DNA from: an uncultured Methanoregulaceae archaeon
GTDB lineage: Archaea; Halobacteriota; Methanomicrobia; Methanomicrobiales; Methanospirillaceae
Direction: 5' to 3'
NCBI GenBank assembly: GCA_963705255.1
Contig: OY970061.1
Coordinates: forward strand, 416,001 to 480,000
DNA length: 64,000 nucleotides
The stretch's first letter is position 1; every line of letters starts with the position of its first letter. The notes under the pieces are model-generated. The model was given only the letters and a program-made list of their open reading frames with translations, did no database searches and was not told the DNA's origin. The position numbers and the translations under genes were made by a program. Of this stretch, positions 1 through 9,906 are shown one piece after another.

Positions 1-1882
1 CGAGCACGAAGATGACTGATATGCAGGGGATATAGAGCATCGAGACGAGTGCGATAACGATGAGCTGGACCGGGGTGAGGAAGGCCGCGAAGTTGGTCGA
101 ACCGAAGAGCACTGCGAGAGTGAGGATGGTGAGTTCCTTTCTCACAATGCCGAAGATGAGGGTGATCCCGACAATTACGGGAAGGCCGAGCCAGAAGACT
201 GTGACGGGAGCGAGGAGATTGTTGACCGGGTTGAGCAGGCCGACCGCGTAGAAGACCTGGATCGCGGCGCTCCCGATGATGTATGCGGGAAATACAAACC
301 AGATAAGCGACTTTGTCCGCGCCCATGTCTGCTTTACGACGACAGAGGCTGAAGGGACATGGTAGTCCGGCATTTCCATGATCAGCCCGACCGACTCGCC
401 CGGCACCACTTTGAAGGCGATCCTCCCGACAAGGATTATCAGGAGGATATCAAACGCATAGAGCGCGAGCGCCCACCAGATGCTGACGAATTTACCGACG
501 AGTCCGAGAATGACAACCGTCCGGGCCGTACAGGGAATGAGGGTGACCAGAAACGCAGCGAGCAGTTTCTGCTTGGGCGATTCCATGATCCTGCAGGAGA
601 GGCAGGCCGGGACGTTACACCCGTAGCCCAGGATGAGGGGAATGACCGCTTTGCCGTGCAGTCCCAGCTTGTGCATGCCCCTGTCGAGCATCACGGCGAT
701 CCGGGTGAGGTAGCCGGAGTCCTCCATCACCGCGAGGAGGAGGTAGAACGGCAAGACGTACGGAATGACCAGCGTGACTCCCGCGACAAATCCCGAGAAC
801 GCGCCGTTCCAGAGGATGCCGGCGACCGGGCCGGTGATGACCGGTTCATACGGCTCGACCTGCGAGAGGATTGTCTGGATGAAGTCGGAAATACGGGCAC
901 CAACGACAAAGGTCCATACGAGCAACCCCCCTATAACGAGAAAGACTGCGAGATATCCGAGAAATGGGTGGAGGGCGACACGGTCGAGCCGGTCGGTCAG
1001 GGACTTTTTCTGCGGCCTCTCCGACACCGGGTGCATCATGATAACGTCTGCAGCGATCCGGTCGGCGACCTGGTACCGCTCCGCGCTCATCACTACGCAG
1101 ACCGATTCGCCGTGCATTGCCTCAATCTCCCCGGCGAGCTGTTCAGCCGTCCCGACGATGGCCGGGGCCTGCTCCTTCACGATCTTCACCATTGAGGGGT
1201 CGCGTTCGAGGAGCTTGATGGCGGTAAACCGTACGGGGTAGGGGATGGTCAGCTGCCCCAGCAGGGGGACGAGTTTTTCTATCCGTTCCTCGATCTCCTT
1301 CCCGTACCGGAGGACAGGGGGTGCCGGGCGGCGCTGCGCGAGATCGAGGATCGCATCGGTCAGCGTGGCGATCCCCTTGCCCTTGATCGCGACGGTCGGG
1401 ACGACCGGGACGCCCAGGAGTTCGGCGAGTTTCTCAGCGTCAATGGTGATCCCCTTCCTCTCCGCGAGGTCGATCTGGTTGACCGAGATGAGGAGCGGCG
1501 GGGCGAGTTCGAGGAGCTGGATGGTAAAAAAGAGATTCCGCTCCAGTGCCGAAGCATCGATGACGTTGACGACAGCATCCGGCCGCTCGAGGGCGATGAA
1601 GTCGCGGGAGACGAGTTCCTCCATCGAGTAGGTTGAGAAGGAGTAGATGCCGGGAAGGTCGATGATCCGGATCCGGTGCCCTTTGTACTGGAGGAGGTCT
1701 TCCGCACGCTCGACTGTCTTCCCCGGCCAGTTTCCGATGATCTGGTCGACCCCGGTGAGCTGGTTGAAGGTCACGCTCTTTCCGACGTTTGCGTTGCCTG
1801 CGAGCGCTACAGTATATTCGGCGTCTTTTATTTTGGTCTCGCCTTTTGGTGGGCAGGCCTTGCACTCCCCGCATCCGCTCAT
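1..1882 (-). CDS. feoB: Ferrous iron transport protein B (3' end runs off the window)
   Basis: Absent from the ORF track because no stop lies inside the window. Manual translation from ATG at 1882 gives MSGCGECKACPPKGETKIKDAEYTVALAGNANVGKS...GNWPGKTVE...DLPG...NQID (G1-G4 GTPase motifs). The C-terminal LYIPC gate motif near position 30 is in the same frame. ATGA overlap with the upstream regulator. Confidence 0.95.
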   Translation of the reverse strand, partial: MSGCGECKACPPKGETKIKDAEYTVALAGNANVGKSVTFNQLTGVDQIIGNWPGKTVERAEDLLQYKGHRIRIIDLPGIYSFSTYSMEELVSRDFIALERPDAVVNVIDASALERNLFFTIQLLELAPPLLISVNQIDLAERKGITIDAEKLAELLGVPVVPTVAIKGKGIATLTDAILDLAQRRPAPPVLRYGKEIEERIEKLVPLLGQLTIPYPVRFTAIKLLERDPSMVKIVKEQAPAIVGTAEQLAGEIEAMHGESVCVVMSAERYQVADRIAADVIMMHPVSERPQKKSLTDRLDRVALHPFLGYLAVFLVIGGLLVWTFVVGARISDFIQTILSQVEPYEPVITGPVAGILWNGAFSGFVAGVTLVIPYVLPFYLLLAVMEDSGYLTRIAVMLDRGMHKLGLHGKAVIPLILGYGCNVPACLSCRIMESPKQKLLAAFLVTLIPCTARTVVILGLVGKFVSIWWALALYAFDILLIILVGRIAFKVVPGESVGLIMEMPDYHVPSASVVVKQTWARTKSLIWFVFPAYIIGSAAIQVFYAVGLLNPVNNLLAPVTVFWLGLPVIVGITLIFGIVRKELTILTLAVLFGSTNFAAFLTPVQLIVIALVSMLYIPCISVIFVL

Positions 1883-2598
1883 GATTGCCCAGCCCGCGGA
1901 GCATCGACAAAGATGTTCTCGGCGATGGCATGGTCAATGGCAAGCTTTGTCCGCCGGACGAACACCTCAACCGGCCCGTTCATGGGGGCTTTCCGCGTCA
2001 CGGATACCGTAGTCCCAAGTGTAAGCCCGAGATCGGAGAGGCGCTGGACGATCCTGCAGTCCCCGCGGATGAATGCGATCTTTCCCTTGTCCTCGGGGCC
2101 GAGGTCCGTGATCGGAATGATCTTCCGCTCCCGTGCTGCCAGGGTCTCTCCCGTTTCTGCTTCGGTCCTGCACTCGGCACAGTTCGTGATACCTTTGTCG
2201 CACGGGCCGATCGGGCTCCCGTGCGGGCAGCGCGAAGGCGCGTCCAGCATCTTACAGAGGGCACATTCGGTCTCTTCTGAGATGGTGTGCTCCATCTTGC
2301 AGGCCTCGTCGTGCACCTTCTCCCGGTTGATCTTGAGGACATCGGTCAGGAATACCTCGAGGAGGCGGTGGCGGCGCTTAATCCTCTCCGCAATCGTCCT
2401 GCCCGCTTCCGTCAGGGTTGCACCCTGGTACGGCTCGTACTGGATGAGCCCTTTCTTCTCAAGATTGTGGAGGGACTCGGTAACGCTTGCGGGAGCAACA
2501 TCGAGACATTTTGCAATCGCCGTCGTCTTCGCTGAACCGTCCATCTTCTGAAGATCGTAGATCGACTCGAGGTATTCTTCCGTGTGTTCCTGCGCCAT
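1879..2598 (-). CDS. DtxR/MntR-family metal-dependent repressor with C-terminal FeoA domain
   Basis: EEYLESIY HTH start, RRHRLLEVFL, EACKMEH, CPHGSPI, then FeoA-like RLSDLGLTLGTTVSV..KAPMNGPV. Confidence 0.95.
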   Translation of the reverse strand: MAQEHTEEYLESIYDLQKMDGSAKTTAIAKCLDVAPASVTESLHNLEKKGLIQYEPYQGATLTEAGRTIAERIKRRHRLLEVFLTDVLKINREKVHDEACKMEHTISEETECALCKMLDAPSRCPHGSPIGPCDKGITNCAECRTEAETGETLAARERKIIPITDLGPEDKGKIAFIRGDCRIVQRLSDLGLTLGTTVSVTRKAPMNGPVEVFVRRTKLAIDHAIAENIFVDAPRAGQS

Positions 2599-2607
2599 CG
2601 TACCAGA

Positions 2608-2650
2608 TATTTAGGATGTCCTAAATAAATAAAGATTCAGGTTAAGCTAA
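2608..2650. promoter_or_regulatory. Two DtxR/MntR-type operator boxes flanking a TATA-like element
   Basis: Perfect 9-bp inverted repeat TATTTAGGA-TG-TCCTAAATA (2608-2627) 9 nt upstream of the regulator ATG. A second degenerate box TCAGGTTAAGCTAA lies at 2637-2650. TTTATTTA on the minus strand lies between them. Confidence 0.75.
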
Positions 2651-2911
2651 AAATCAGGATCGCTGTGTGCCACAATTCTGCCAATCCTTCAACAAAGGAA
2701 CAGAACCGGCGCCCGTACAAAAGGGGATTCCCAATTGGTCCATACCGATACACCTGCGCCCGATCCGCGACCCCTTTTTCTCCGGCCCTTCAGCACAATC
2801 CGGTTATCCATTCTTCGATCCAATCGGAAGGAATATAGAATCCGGAAAATGAACATATTCTGATCTTTGTGAGATTCACAAAAATACCATAAAATAATCT
2901 GGGAATGGATT

Positions 2912-5581
2912 ATGCTTTCATTAAAAATCAGATGGGATACCCGTTCTAGGATCGCGGCGGTTATCCTTTTTTTTATGGCCATAGCCCTCCTTCTCCGTCT
3001 CATTCCCGCGTTGTTTATCAAGGATGCAGGTTTTTTGTATACCTATGACACGGACGGATGGTACACCCTGCGCCAGATCGAGGTGATGGTGCACCATTTC
3101 CCGCAGTACAACTGGTTTGACCCTATGACTGCGTACCCCACCGGGAAATTTATCGACTGGGGGCCGCTGTATCCCCTTATCGCTGCACTTTTCTGCCTGA
3201 TCGGCGGGGCGACATCCCAGGCTGCGATCGTTTCAGCGGCCGGCTGGGTCTCCCCGATCATGGCCATGCTCATGGTCCCGGTTGTGTACTACGTGGGAAA
3301 GACGATCTGGGACTGGCGGGCCGGGATCGTTGCTGCCGGCCTTGTTGCAGTGATATCCTACCACTATTTCTTCCTCTCGTCCTACGGCCTGATCGGGCAC
3401 CACATCGCCGAAGCTCTCTTCAGCACGATATTTTTGCTGGTATATCTTTCCTCTCTCGCGTATACACGAAAATACGGACTGGACAGAAAAGATCTCCGCA
3501 CATTTTATGTTCCGGTACTGCTTGCTCTCGGAGGAGGCGTTATCTATTTTTGCGCACTGCTTGCTTCGCAGACGGTTATCCTGCTATTGTTCGTTGTGGG
3601 CATCTTTACCTTTATCCAGAGCATTCTTGATCACTGTACCGGCCGGTCTTCCCTTGACCTTCTGATCCTGAATGGAATCTCCCTTTTGGTATCGGCAGCG
3701 CTCCTGCTCCTTTTTGGATTCAAACAGACCGGTTTCTCGATCACCCAGTATTCCCCTGGCCTTGTGTATGTGCATCTTGCCGTTCTCGCCGAGACCGGGC
3801 TGCTCGTGGGTATCTCTTCGATATTTATGGGGAAGAGGTACTCCTATTTATTCAGCATCGGCGCACTATGCGCAGCGGGGATTGCCGTGATCGAACTATA
3901 TCCCCCCTTCCAGTATCTGAGTGCTCAGGGACTTGGACTCATATTTGGATCCATGCAGTATTCAGTGGGCGTTGTGGAAACACAGCCCCTCACCCTGCCG
4001 CTGGCGTGGGACTATTTCGGGCTTGCCCTTCTCCTTACCGTTGGCGGGTTCCTGGTGCTGGGATATTCTGTCCTGAAAAAACCGAAGGCCGAATGGATCT
4101 TTCTTTTGATCTGGTCAATCGTGATGCTCCTGTTGACCGTCAAGTTCCAGAGATTTGATTACTACAGCACCGTCAATATCGTGCTTTTGAGTGCCATCTG
4201 CATCACGGAGCCCTTCCGCTGGCAGGATGCCGGCGTGAAAGCAAAAATCTCTTCCCTAGTATCCCGGATTGTCCCGGCTCCTTCAGCTGCTTCAGGAGTG
4301 GAAGGCCCTCAGGGAAGACCGTCGGGTGCTCCTGAACGTTCGGGGAAGAAAAAGAGGACCCCCCGTTCCCGGGATGACCGGGATGCCAGGGGGACGCTTA
4401 AGGTCCTGTGCCTGGCACTGGTCCTTCTCCTTACCGTGGTTCTTGTGGGTGTTTCCGTGTACAAGGATCTCGATCAGGGGCTCCACACGCCGGATCATGA
4501 ACTGTCTCCCGACTGGATCGAATCGCTCAGATGGCTTGGAAATGCCACGCCTGCCACGGGAGTCGATTATTTTGGCGAGTACCCGTCTTCCGGGTATAGG
4601 TATCCCAACAGCTGGTACGGGATCCTGGCATCATGGGATTCCGGCCACTGGATCACGTTCTTTGCGCACCGGATCCCGATCACCAATCCGTTCCAGGACA
4701 ACCTTGCCGGCAGCAACGGTGCTGACGCTTTCTTCCTTGAGCAGAACGAGCCACAGGCTGATGCGATCCTGGAAGGCCTCGGTGGGCGGTACGTTATCGT
4801 CGACTCGACCCTCGCGGTAGACAAATTCACGAACCTTATCCCCTGGGCGAGCGATTCGACCGATATTTCGCCCTACATCTCGTGGTTCATGCTCCCGGAG
4901 CCTGGCAACACCAAAAATCTGGACAAGGTCCACCGGTTCAACGACGGGTATTTCCAGACGGTGGTCTCCCGTCTCTACAACTTTGACGGATCCATGACCA
5001 TGCCAGTGAATGCGGAGTATATCCCGTACGTCATCCGGCAGGTACCAGCGGCAGGGGAATCCGCAGGGGATGTAAACGGGTACGCAAGAGTGATCTCGGG
5101 TGATGTGCCGGTCGATATCTCTTCGGGGACCGGGAACCTCACGCTCATACCGGAGGGGCAGGTGCTTTCTTCATCGGCCTATGCCGGCCTCTATTCCAGT
5201 CTCCCGTACGAGCCGGTCGCGACCGTTCCGGCCCTGAAACATTACCGGCTCGTCCACGAATCACCGGACAATGCGTCTGTCGCGGCATTTCCCGAGTCGG
5301 ATACCGTCATGCTCCCCGATATAAAATCGGTCAAGGTTTTTGAGTATGTCAAGGGGGCACAGATAACCGGTGACGGGATCATTGAGGTCCACGTCATCAC
5401 CAACACGGGACGGACCTTTGTCTACCGCCAGGCGAGCGAGAACGGTATGTTTACCGTGCCGTATTCTACGTCGGGTTCATCCTGCGAGGTCAGGGTGACA
5501 GGGCCATACCATATCCTTGGGACAGACCGCTACATCAACGTGACCGAGGAAGACGTGATGCAGGGCAACCGGATTTCCTGA
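2912..5581 (+). CDS. aglB: STT3/AglB-family oligosaccharyltransferase, divergent motifs
   Basis: 889 aa with ~13 TM helices. EL1 YDTDGWY..R, WFDP..YP.G..IDWGPL, VVETQP, QRFDYY, ASWDSGHWI..R.PITNPFQ, DK-type DSTLAVDKF, LKHYRLVHES, VKVFEYVKGA, NGMFTVPYST. Confidence 0.92.
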   Translation: MLSLKIRWDTRSRIAAVILFFMAIALLLRLIPALFIKDAGFLYTYDTDGWYTLRQIEVMVHHFPQYNWFDPMTAYPTGKFIDWGPLYPLIAALFCLIGGATSQAAIVSAAGWVSPIMAMLMVPVVYYVGKTIWDWRAGIVAAGLVAVISYHYFFLSSYGLIGHHIAEALFSTIFLLVYLSSLAYTRKYGLDRKDLRTFYVPVLLALGGGVIYFCALLASQTVILLLFVVGIFTFIQSILDHCTGRSSLDLLILNGISLLVSAALLLLFGFKQTGFSITQYSPGLVYVHLAVLAETGLLVGISSIFMGKRYSYLFSIGALCAAGIAVIELYPPFQYLSAQGLGLIFGSMQYSVGVVETQPLTLPLAWDYFGLALLLTVGGFLVLGYSVLKKPKAEWIFLLIWSIVMLLLTVKFQRFDYYSTVNIVLLSAICITEPFRWQDAGVKAKISSLVSRIVPAPSAASGVEGPQGRPSGAPERSGKKKRTPRSRDDRDARGTLKVLCLALVLLLTVVLVGVSVYKDLDQGLHTPDHELSPDWIESLRWLGNATPATGVDYFGEYPSSGYRYPNSWYGILASWDSGHWITFFAHRIPITNPFQDNLAGSNGADAFFLEQNEPQADAILEGLGGRYVIVDSTLAVDKFTNLIPWASDSTDISPYISWFMLPEPGNTKNLDKVHRFNDGYFQTVVSRLYNFDGSMTMPVNAEYIPYVIRQVPAAGESAGDVNGYARVISGDVPVDISSGTGNLTLIPEGQVLSSSAYAGLYSSLPYEPVATVPALKHYRLVHESPDNASVAAFPESDTVMLPDIKSVKVFEYVKGAQITGDGIIEVHVITNTGRTFVYRQASENGMFTVPYSTSGSSCEVRVTGPYHILGTDRYINVTEEDVMQGNRIS

Positions 5582-5628
5582 AGGATCTCTTTCGGGACTG
5601 TACAAGCTTGTCAATCAACAGAAAAAAT

Positions 5629-5919
5629 TCAATAATACCCATATTTCTTATGCGCTTGTTCTATCGTAAGTATATCCTCTACAATAACCAGTTTTTCAAC
5701 GTCATCGATGGTATAAAACGCGGTATAACGGTGAGAGATATGCAGGCGGTAGATGATTACGCCGCCTCTTAAAACCAGTTTTTCTTTATCCCCGTGGCGT
5801 CCCGGATATGGATCATTTTCAAGACGTTTCAGGGCATTTTTGATTATTCTGCGTGTCTTATCCGGTAGACAATTAACATCCTCTGATATTTCATACCAGA
5901 GTTTAAGTTCAAAGGTCAA
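5629..5919 (-). CDS. RelE/ParE-family type II toxin
   Basis: 96 aa; IKNALKRLENDPYP...EKL...YRLHISHRYTAFYTID..K.V.V pattern; TTG start overlaps the antitoxin stop. Confidence 0.8.
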   Translation of the reverse strand: MTFELKLWYEISEDVNCLPDKTRRIIKNALKRLENDPYPGRHGDKEKLVLRGGVIIYRLHISHRYTAFYTIDDVEKLVIVEDILTIEQAHKKYGYY

Positions 5920-6116
5920 TCCTTAATCTCCGAAAGAGATACGTAATCTCCTTTTTTCCTCTGACTCCACCTCTTTACATCTTCCTCAAGACGCCGTTTT
6001 TTGCGCTCCTCTATCATATCCGCAAGGAGCTCAGAATACGTCTGACCAGCCGAACGCATCTCTGCAAGATCCTTCCATATTGGTTCGGATACCGGGATCC
6101 GCTTTACTGCTGACAT
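5916..6116 (-). CDS. Putative antitoxin (ribbon-helix-helix-like)
   Basis: 66 aa from MSAVKRIPVSEPIWKDLAEMRSAGQTYSELLADMI...YVSLSEI; directly upstream of and overlapping the toxin. Confidence 0.75.
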   Translation of the reverse strand: MSAVKRIPVSEPIWKDLAEMRSAGQTYSELLADMIEERKKRRLEEDVKRWSQRKKGDYVSLSEIKD

Positions 6117-6312
6117 GATCATATTGTAAGTATGGCACACATGAAAAATATTATCACCATTTATCCGCTCCTGCAACCTCTTCCCGGAAAATCTCCCGGG
6201 CGGTCAGGACTCTCACGATAAAAGCACCAACTGATGGAGAAGGACAATTAAAATTGCAGGCAGAGCCGTTTCAGTTCAGAAGAATGCAGGCCTTTATAGT
6301 GTTGTACCCCGG

Positions 6313-7473
6313 CTAGTGAGCCGGTCCTGTTTTTGCAATCACCGATTGGTAATACTCTTCGCACTCTGCCGCGATGCAATCCCAGTTGTATGCTGCCACA
6401 GTTGTGATACAGGCCTCGCGCATCTCCGCATGGTGCCCGAGCGCCCTGCGGATCTTTTCCGCGAGATTCTCCGCTGAAATGGACGAGAGGAACCCGTTTT
6501 TCTCCGTGATGAGATCCCGGACGGCGTTTGCCGGGTGATCGATTGTCACTACGGGCAGTCCGCACGCGAGCGCTTCGAGCGCGGTTATCCCGAATCCCTC
6601 GCGGGTTGACGGGAGCACGAAGACTTTTGAAGACTTGAAAAACCCGATGAGATCGCTATGATCTTCACAGAATCCTTTCAAGATAATATGATCTTCCAGC
6701 CCCGGTTTCCGGATCAGCGACTGTATCCAATCGCGTTCCGGCCCGTCGCCGATAATGAGAACCTTAAGATCAGGAAAATGCGGGACAAGCAGCGCCGTGG
6801 CCTCGATGAGGAGGTCCACGTGTTTCTCCCGGATCAGCCTGCCGGGAAAGATGAGATCGGATCTCTTTTCGGATGAACGGGCCGCGGCGATCTCTGCGAG
6901 GTCAATCCCGTTGGGGATGACGACAGGACGCAATCCGGGAGACAGGCGCCGGAGTCGTCCCGCGGTTGTCTCCGATACCGCGATGGTATCGGGCGTTATC
7001 CGGGAAACGAACCGCTCGGTGATCTTTCCGAACACTCCTTGGTATCCCAGGTACTCGTACCAGTAGTCGTCCCAGACCTCGTGCCAGGTGATGACAAGCG
7101 GTGTTCTTTTGATGATGGCAAGGAATTTTGCCGAGAGGCAGGAGAAAAAAGGAAACTGCTGGCAGTCGATGATATCGAACCGGTACCTTCCTAAGTGCGG
7201 GATGAGCCGGAGGCCGAAATTACATGCTTCTCCCACGGTCCTTTTTCCCCCGGCATAGAGGGGACGTGACGGGCAGACCCCATGCAGGATCACCCCGTCG
7301 CGGATCAGGATATCTTCCCCCTCCCAGTATTTCATGCCGAAGAGGTGGACCTCGTGGCCCCTTTTTGAAAGCCGCACCGCCAGCTCCCGGACCCGTTTCT
7401 CCACCCCACCTTTCACGTACGGGTAGATGACATCATAGACAAACGCGATCTTCATCCGATCCGTTTCAGGCAT
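6313..7473 (-). CDS. GT4 glycosyltransferase
   Basis: GGVEKR, GRLIREK, EGFGITALEALACGLPVV. Confidence 0.92.
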   Translation of the reverse strand: MPETDRMKIAFVYDVIYPYVKGGVEKRVRELAVRLSKRGHEVHLFGMKYWEGEDILIRDGVILHGVCPSRPLYAGGKRTVGEACNFGLRLIPHLGRYRFDIIDCQQFPFFSCLSAKFLAIIKRTPLVITWHEVWDDYWYEYLGYQGVFGKITERFVSRITPDTIAVSETTAGRLRRLSPGLRPVVIPNGIDLAEIAAARSSEKRSDLIFPGRLIREKHVDLLIEATALLVPHFPDLKVLIIGDGPERDWIQSLIRKPGLEDHIILKGFCEDHSDLIGFFKSSKVFVLPSTREGFGITALEALACGLPVVTIDHPANAVRDLITEKNGFLSSISAENLAEKIRRALGHHAEMREACITTVAAYNWDCIAAECEEYYQSVIAKTGPAH

Positions 7474-8622
7474 GGCCGTTGTTCTCGTTCAGGAGCATCA
7501 TGCTCTGGAAGATGGCAAAGAGGAAGACCTGGATGCCGCTCACGATCAGGACCAGTGACACGATCGCTGTGGAGATCTCCGAGAGGAATCCGAACCCGAC
7601 GGAGACCCACTGGATCAGGATATTGAGGCCGAGGATTACGCCACCCAGAATAAGGATGATGCCAAGGACGAGGAATTTTTCCAGGCTGCTGTACTGCATG
7701 ACGAGCGTGATGATGCCTGCTTTCCTCTCATACCCATGGATGACCGAATAGGACTTCATCAGAAATGCGGTAAGGAGCACCTGGACACCGCCCATAATCA
7801 GGATGGCGCCGACGATGAACGTGTGGAGGTGCGAGGACTCGACATTCCCTTCAAGGGCAAAGAAGGCCATCAGGAGGAGCCCGACCAGCGAGAACAACAG
7901 CCCCGGTATGGCAAGGAACGGAAGGGGCTTCATGAGAAGCACGAACCGGATGTGCCGCCATCCGTCGGCAAAACTGTGTAACTTGGATGGTGCTGCCCGT
8001 GGATAATAACTGACCGGGACTTCTTCGATATGCAGCCCCTCTTTTGAAGCCATCACGAGCATCTCGGATGCAAATTCCATCCCGCCGGTCTTCAGGTCGA
8101 GTTGCTCGAGCGCATCGCGGGTGATTGCCCGAAAACCGCTGTGAGTGTCCGTGAAACAGGTATGGAAGATGTGGTTGATCATCCACGTGAGGAGCGGGTT
8201 GCCGATGTACCGGTGCAGGGGGGACATCGAGCCCGGGTGGATGGTACCCGGAACCGGGACCCGATGACGAAGTCCGCACCGCTGTTTAACGGTTCCAGGA
8301 GGAAGGGAATCTCGGAAAAATCATAGGTATCGTCGGCATCGCCCATGACGATGATGCGGCCCTGCGCGTGCCGGAACGCGCTCAGGTAGGCGTTGCCGTA
8401 CCCGCCCTTTTCCGGCGTGATAACCCGCGCACCCAGCGACTGCGCGATCTCCGGTGTCCGGTCGGCCGAGGAGTCGGCAATGATGATCTCGCCGCTTAGG
8501 TTTTTGCTGCGGAAGACGGCCTGGATTTTTTTTATGCATTCGCTAATGGTACGTTCTTCATCAAGCGTGGGGAGGATTACCGAGACTTCGACCGGGGATC
8601 CGCTGAGTGGGGAGGGTTCCAT
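7466..8622 (-). CDS. GT2 polyprenol-phosphate glycosyltransferase (DPM1-like) with C-terminal TM helices; frameshifted at ~8245
   Basis: ORFs 8179-8622 (VILPTLDEE, MGDADDTYD, VIGSRF) and 7466-8227 (DTHSGFRAI, GMEFASEM, KLHSFADGWRH) join if one G is restored (GSRFRGTIHPGSMSPL). Confidence 0.85.
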
Positions 8623-8775
8623 TGGTTGTCCTGTATTGGATTGGAGGATGTATGAAAATAATGGATGTTACATTGAATAAAATCATTGGGGAACCAGTTA
8701 TTTCATCCAAGAAGAACTTCAAACCCATTCTCGCTCGCGAATCCAGCCACCAGATACTCACACGTTTTCCCTTAA

Positions 8776-9702
8776 TTATACAATATTTTTCATCGCGTAC
8801 CGGCCACCAACGGCAAAATGAAAGAGCATGGTCACTCCCCGATCAAGTATTGCGAGTGAGAGCGCAGCCGAAACAGGCATCCCCAATCCGACAAGAACTG
8901 CCGTCATCCCCCCTTCGACAAGTCCCAGGCCGGAGAGCGTGATCGGGATGATGGAGAGCGCGCTGATCAGGGGCAGAATCAGGAATAATTCCGGGAGCGG
9001 GAGTGAATAGCCCAGCCCCAACGCTATCAGGACAACGCGAAGAGCCTGGAAAACCCATGCCAGAACGGTGAGAAGAATGCCTTTGACAAAGACATTCCTC
9101 TCATTCCGGAATTCGGAGATTGCGGTCTGGACCTGTGCCGTAAAAGCCTGAATTCCAAAGTACGGAATTTTCTGGGTCCATGAAAATATCCTCTCATTCT
9201 GCCAGAAGAGGATGATGGCACCCACAAAGACCACAACAAGAACGATGAGGGAGACCACGGGAAGTACCGATGCAAAATGTGAGGAATATACCACGACTGC
9301 AGCGATGCCCAGAGTGGTCAGGACTATGATATCGATGAACCGGTCTATTATCACCGAGACGGTACCCTTGTGGAGATCCATCCGGTCTCTCACCAGAACT
9401 GCACGGGTGAGATCGCCGATCCGCCCCGGAGTGAAATCAGAATAGAGAACTCCTCCGGCAAATGCCTGGTACGCTTCCCCTAACGGGAGGTACCCCCTCA
9501 TATGCGCAACGATGATCTTCCAGCGGATGGTGAGTATGAGAAATGCAAGAGCATAGACCAGGATTGCGGCGATCACAAAAACCGGGTTGATGGATCTTAT
9601 GGAACTGATTACTGCAGACGGAGATACAAACAAGAGCAACAGGATTATGAGAATCAGTCCAATGGTCAGGCGCAGAAAAAACTTCACCGGGAGACGAGCC
9701 AT
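8776..9702 (-). CDS. Lysylphosphatidylglycerol-synthase TM domain / UPF0104 flippase-like membrane protein
   Basis: RWKII, FTPGRIGDLTRA, VIIDRFID, IPITLSGLGLVEG, LDRGVT family motifs. Confidence 0.85.
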   Translation of the reverse strand: MARLPVKFFLRLTIGLILIILLLLFVSPSAVISSIRSINPVFVIAAILVYALAFLILTIRWKIIVAHMRGYLPLGEAYQAFAGGVLYSDFTPGRIGDLTRAVLVRDRMDLHKGTVSVIIDRFIDIIVLTTLGIAAVVVYSSHFASVLPVVSLIVLVVVFVGAIILFWQNERIFSWTQKIPYFGIQAFTAQVQTAISEFRNERNVFVKGILLTVLAWVFQALRVVLIALGLGYSLPLPELFLILPLISALSIIPITLSGLGLVEGGMTAVLVGLGMPVSAALSLAILDRGVTMLFHFAVGGRYAMKNIV

Positions 9703-9906
9703 TCCATAGTTGACTGAGAAGTAATCCTTTTTAATACCAGTGCACGGGATCGAAAAACTGGAGCCCCCTCATTTTGAGAGGGTATTGATAAAGACACGGT
9801 AGAGGGGTACGAAAATCTCCGGAACCCGTGAAATTACATAAAAAATCATCCATTCCGGAGGAATACCGGTCCGTTATTCTGAACCAGACCGATCCAAGGG
9901 AGGTTC

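Noticed and set aside
359-2551. Long plus-strand ORFs (359-1195, 1676-2551 and others)
   Set aside because: Antisense shadows of feoB and the regulator in GC-rich DNA; no family motifs
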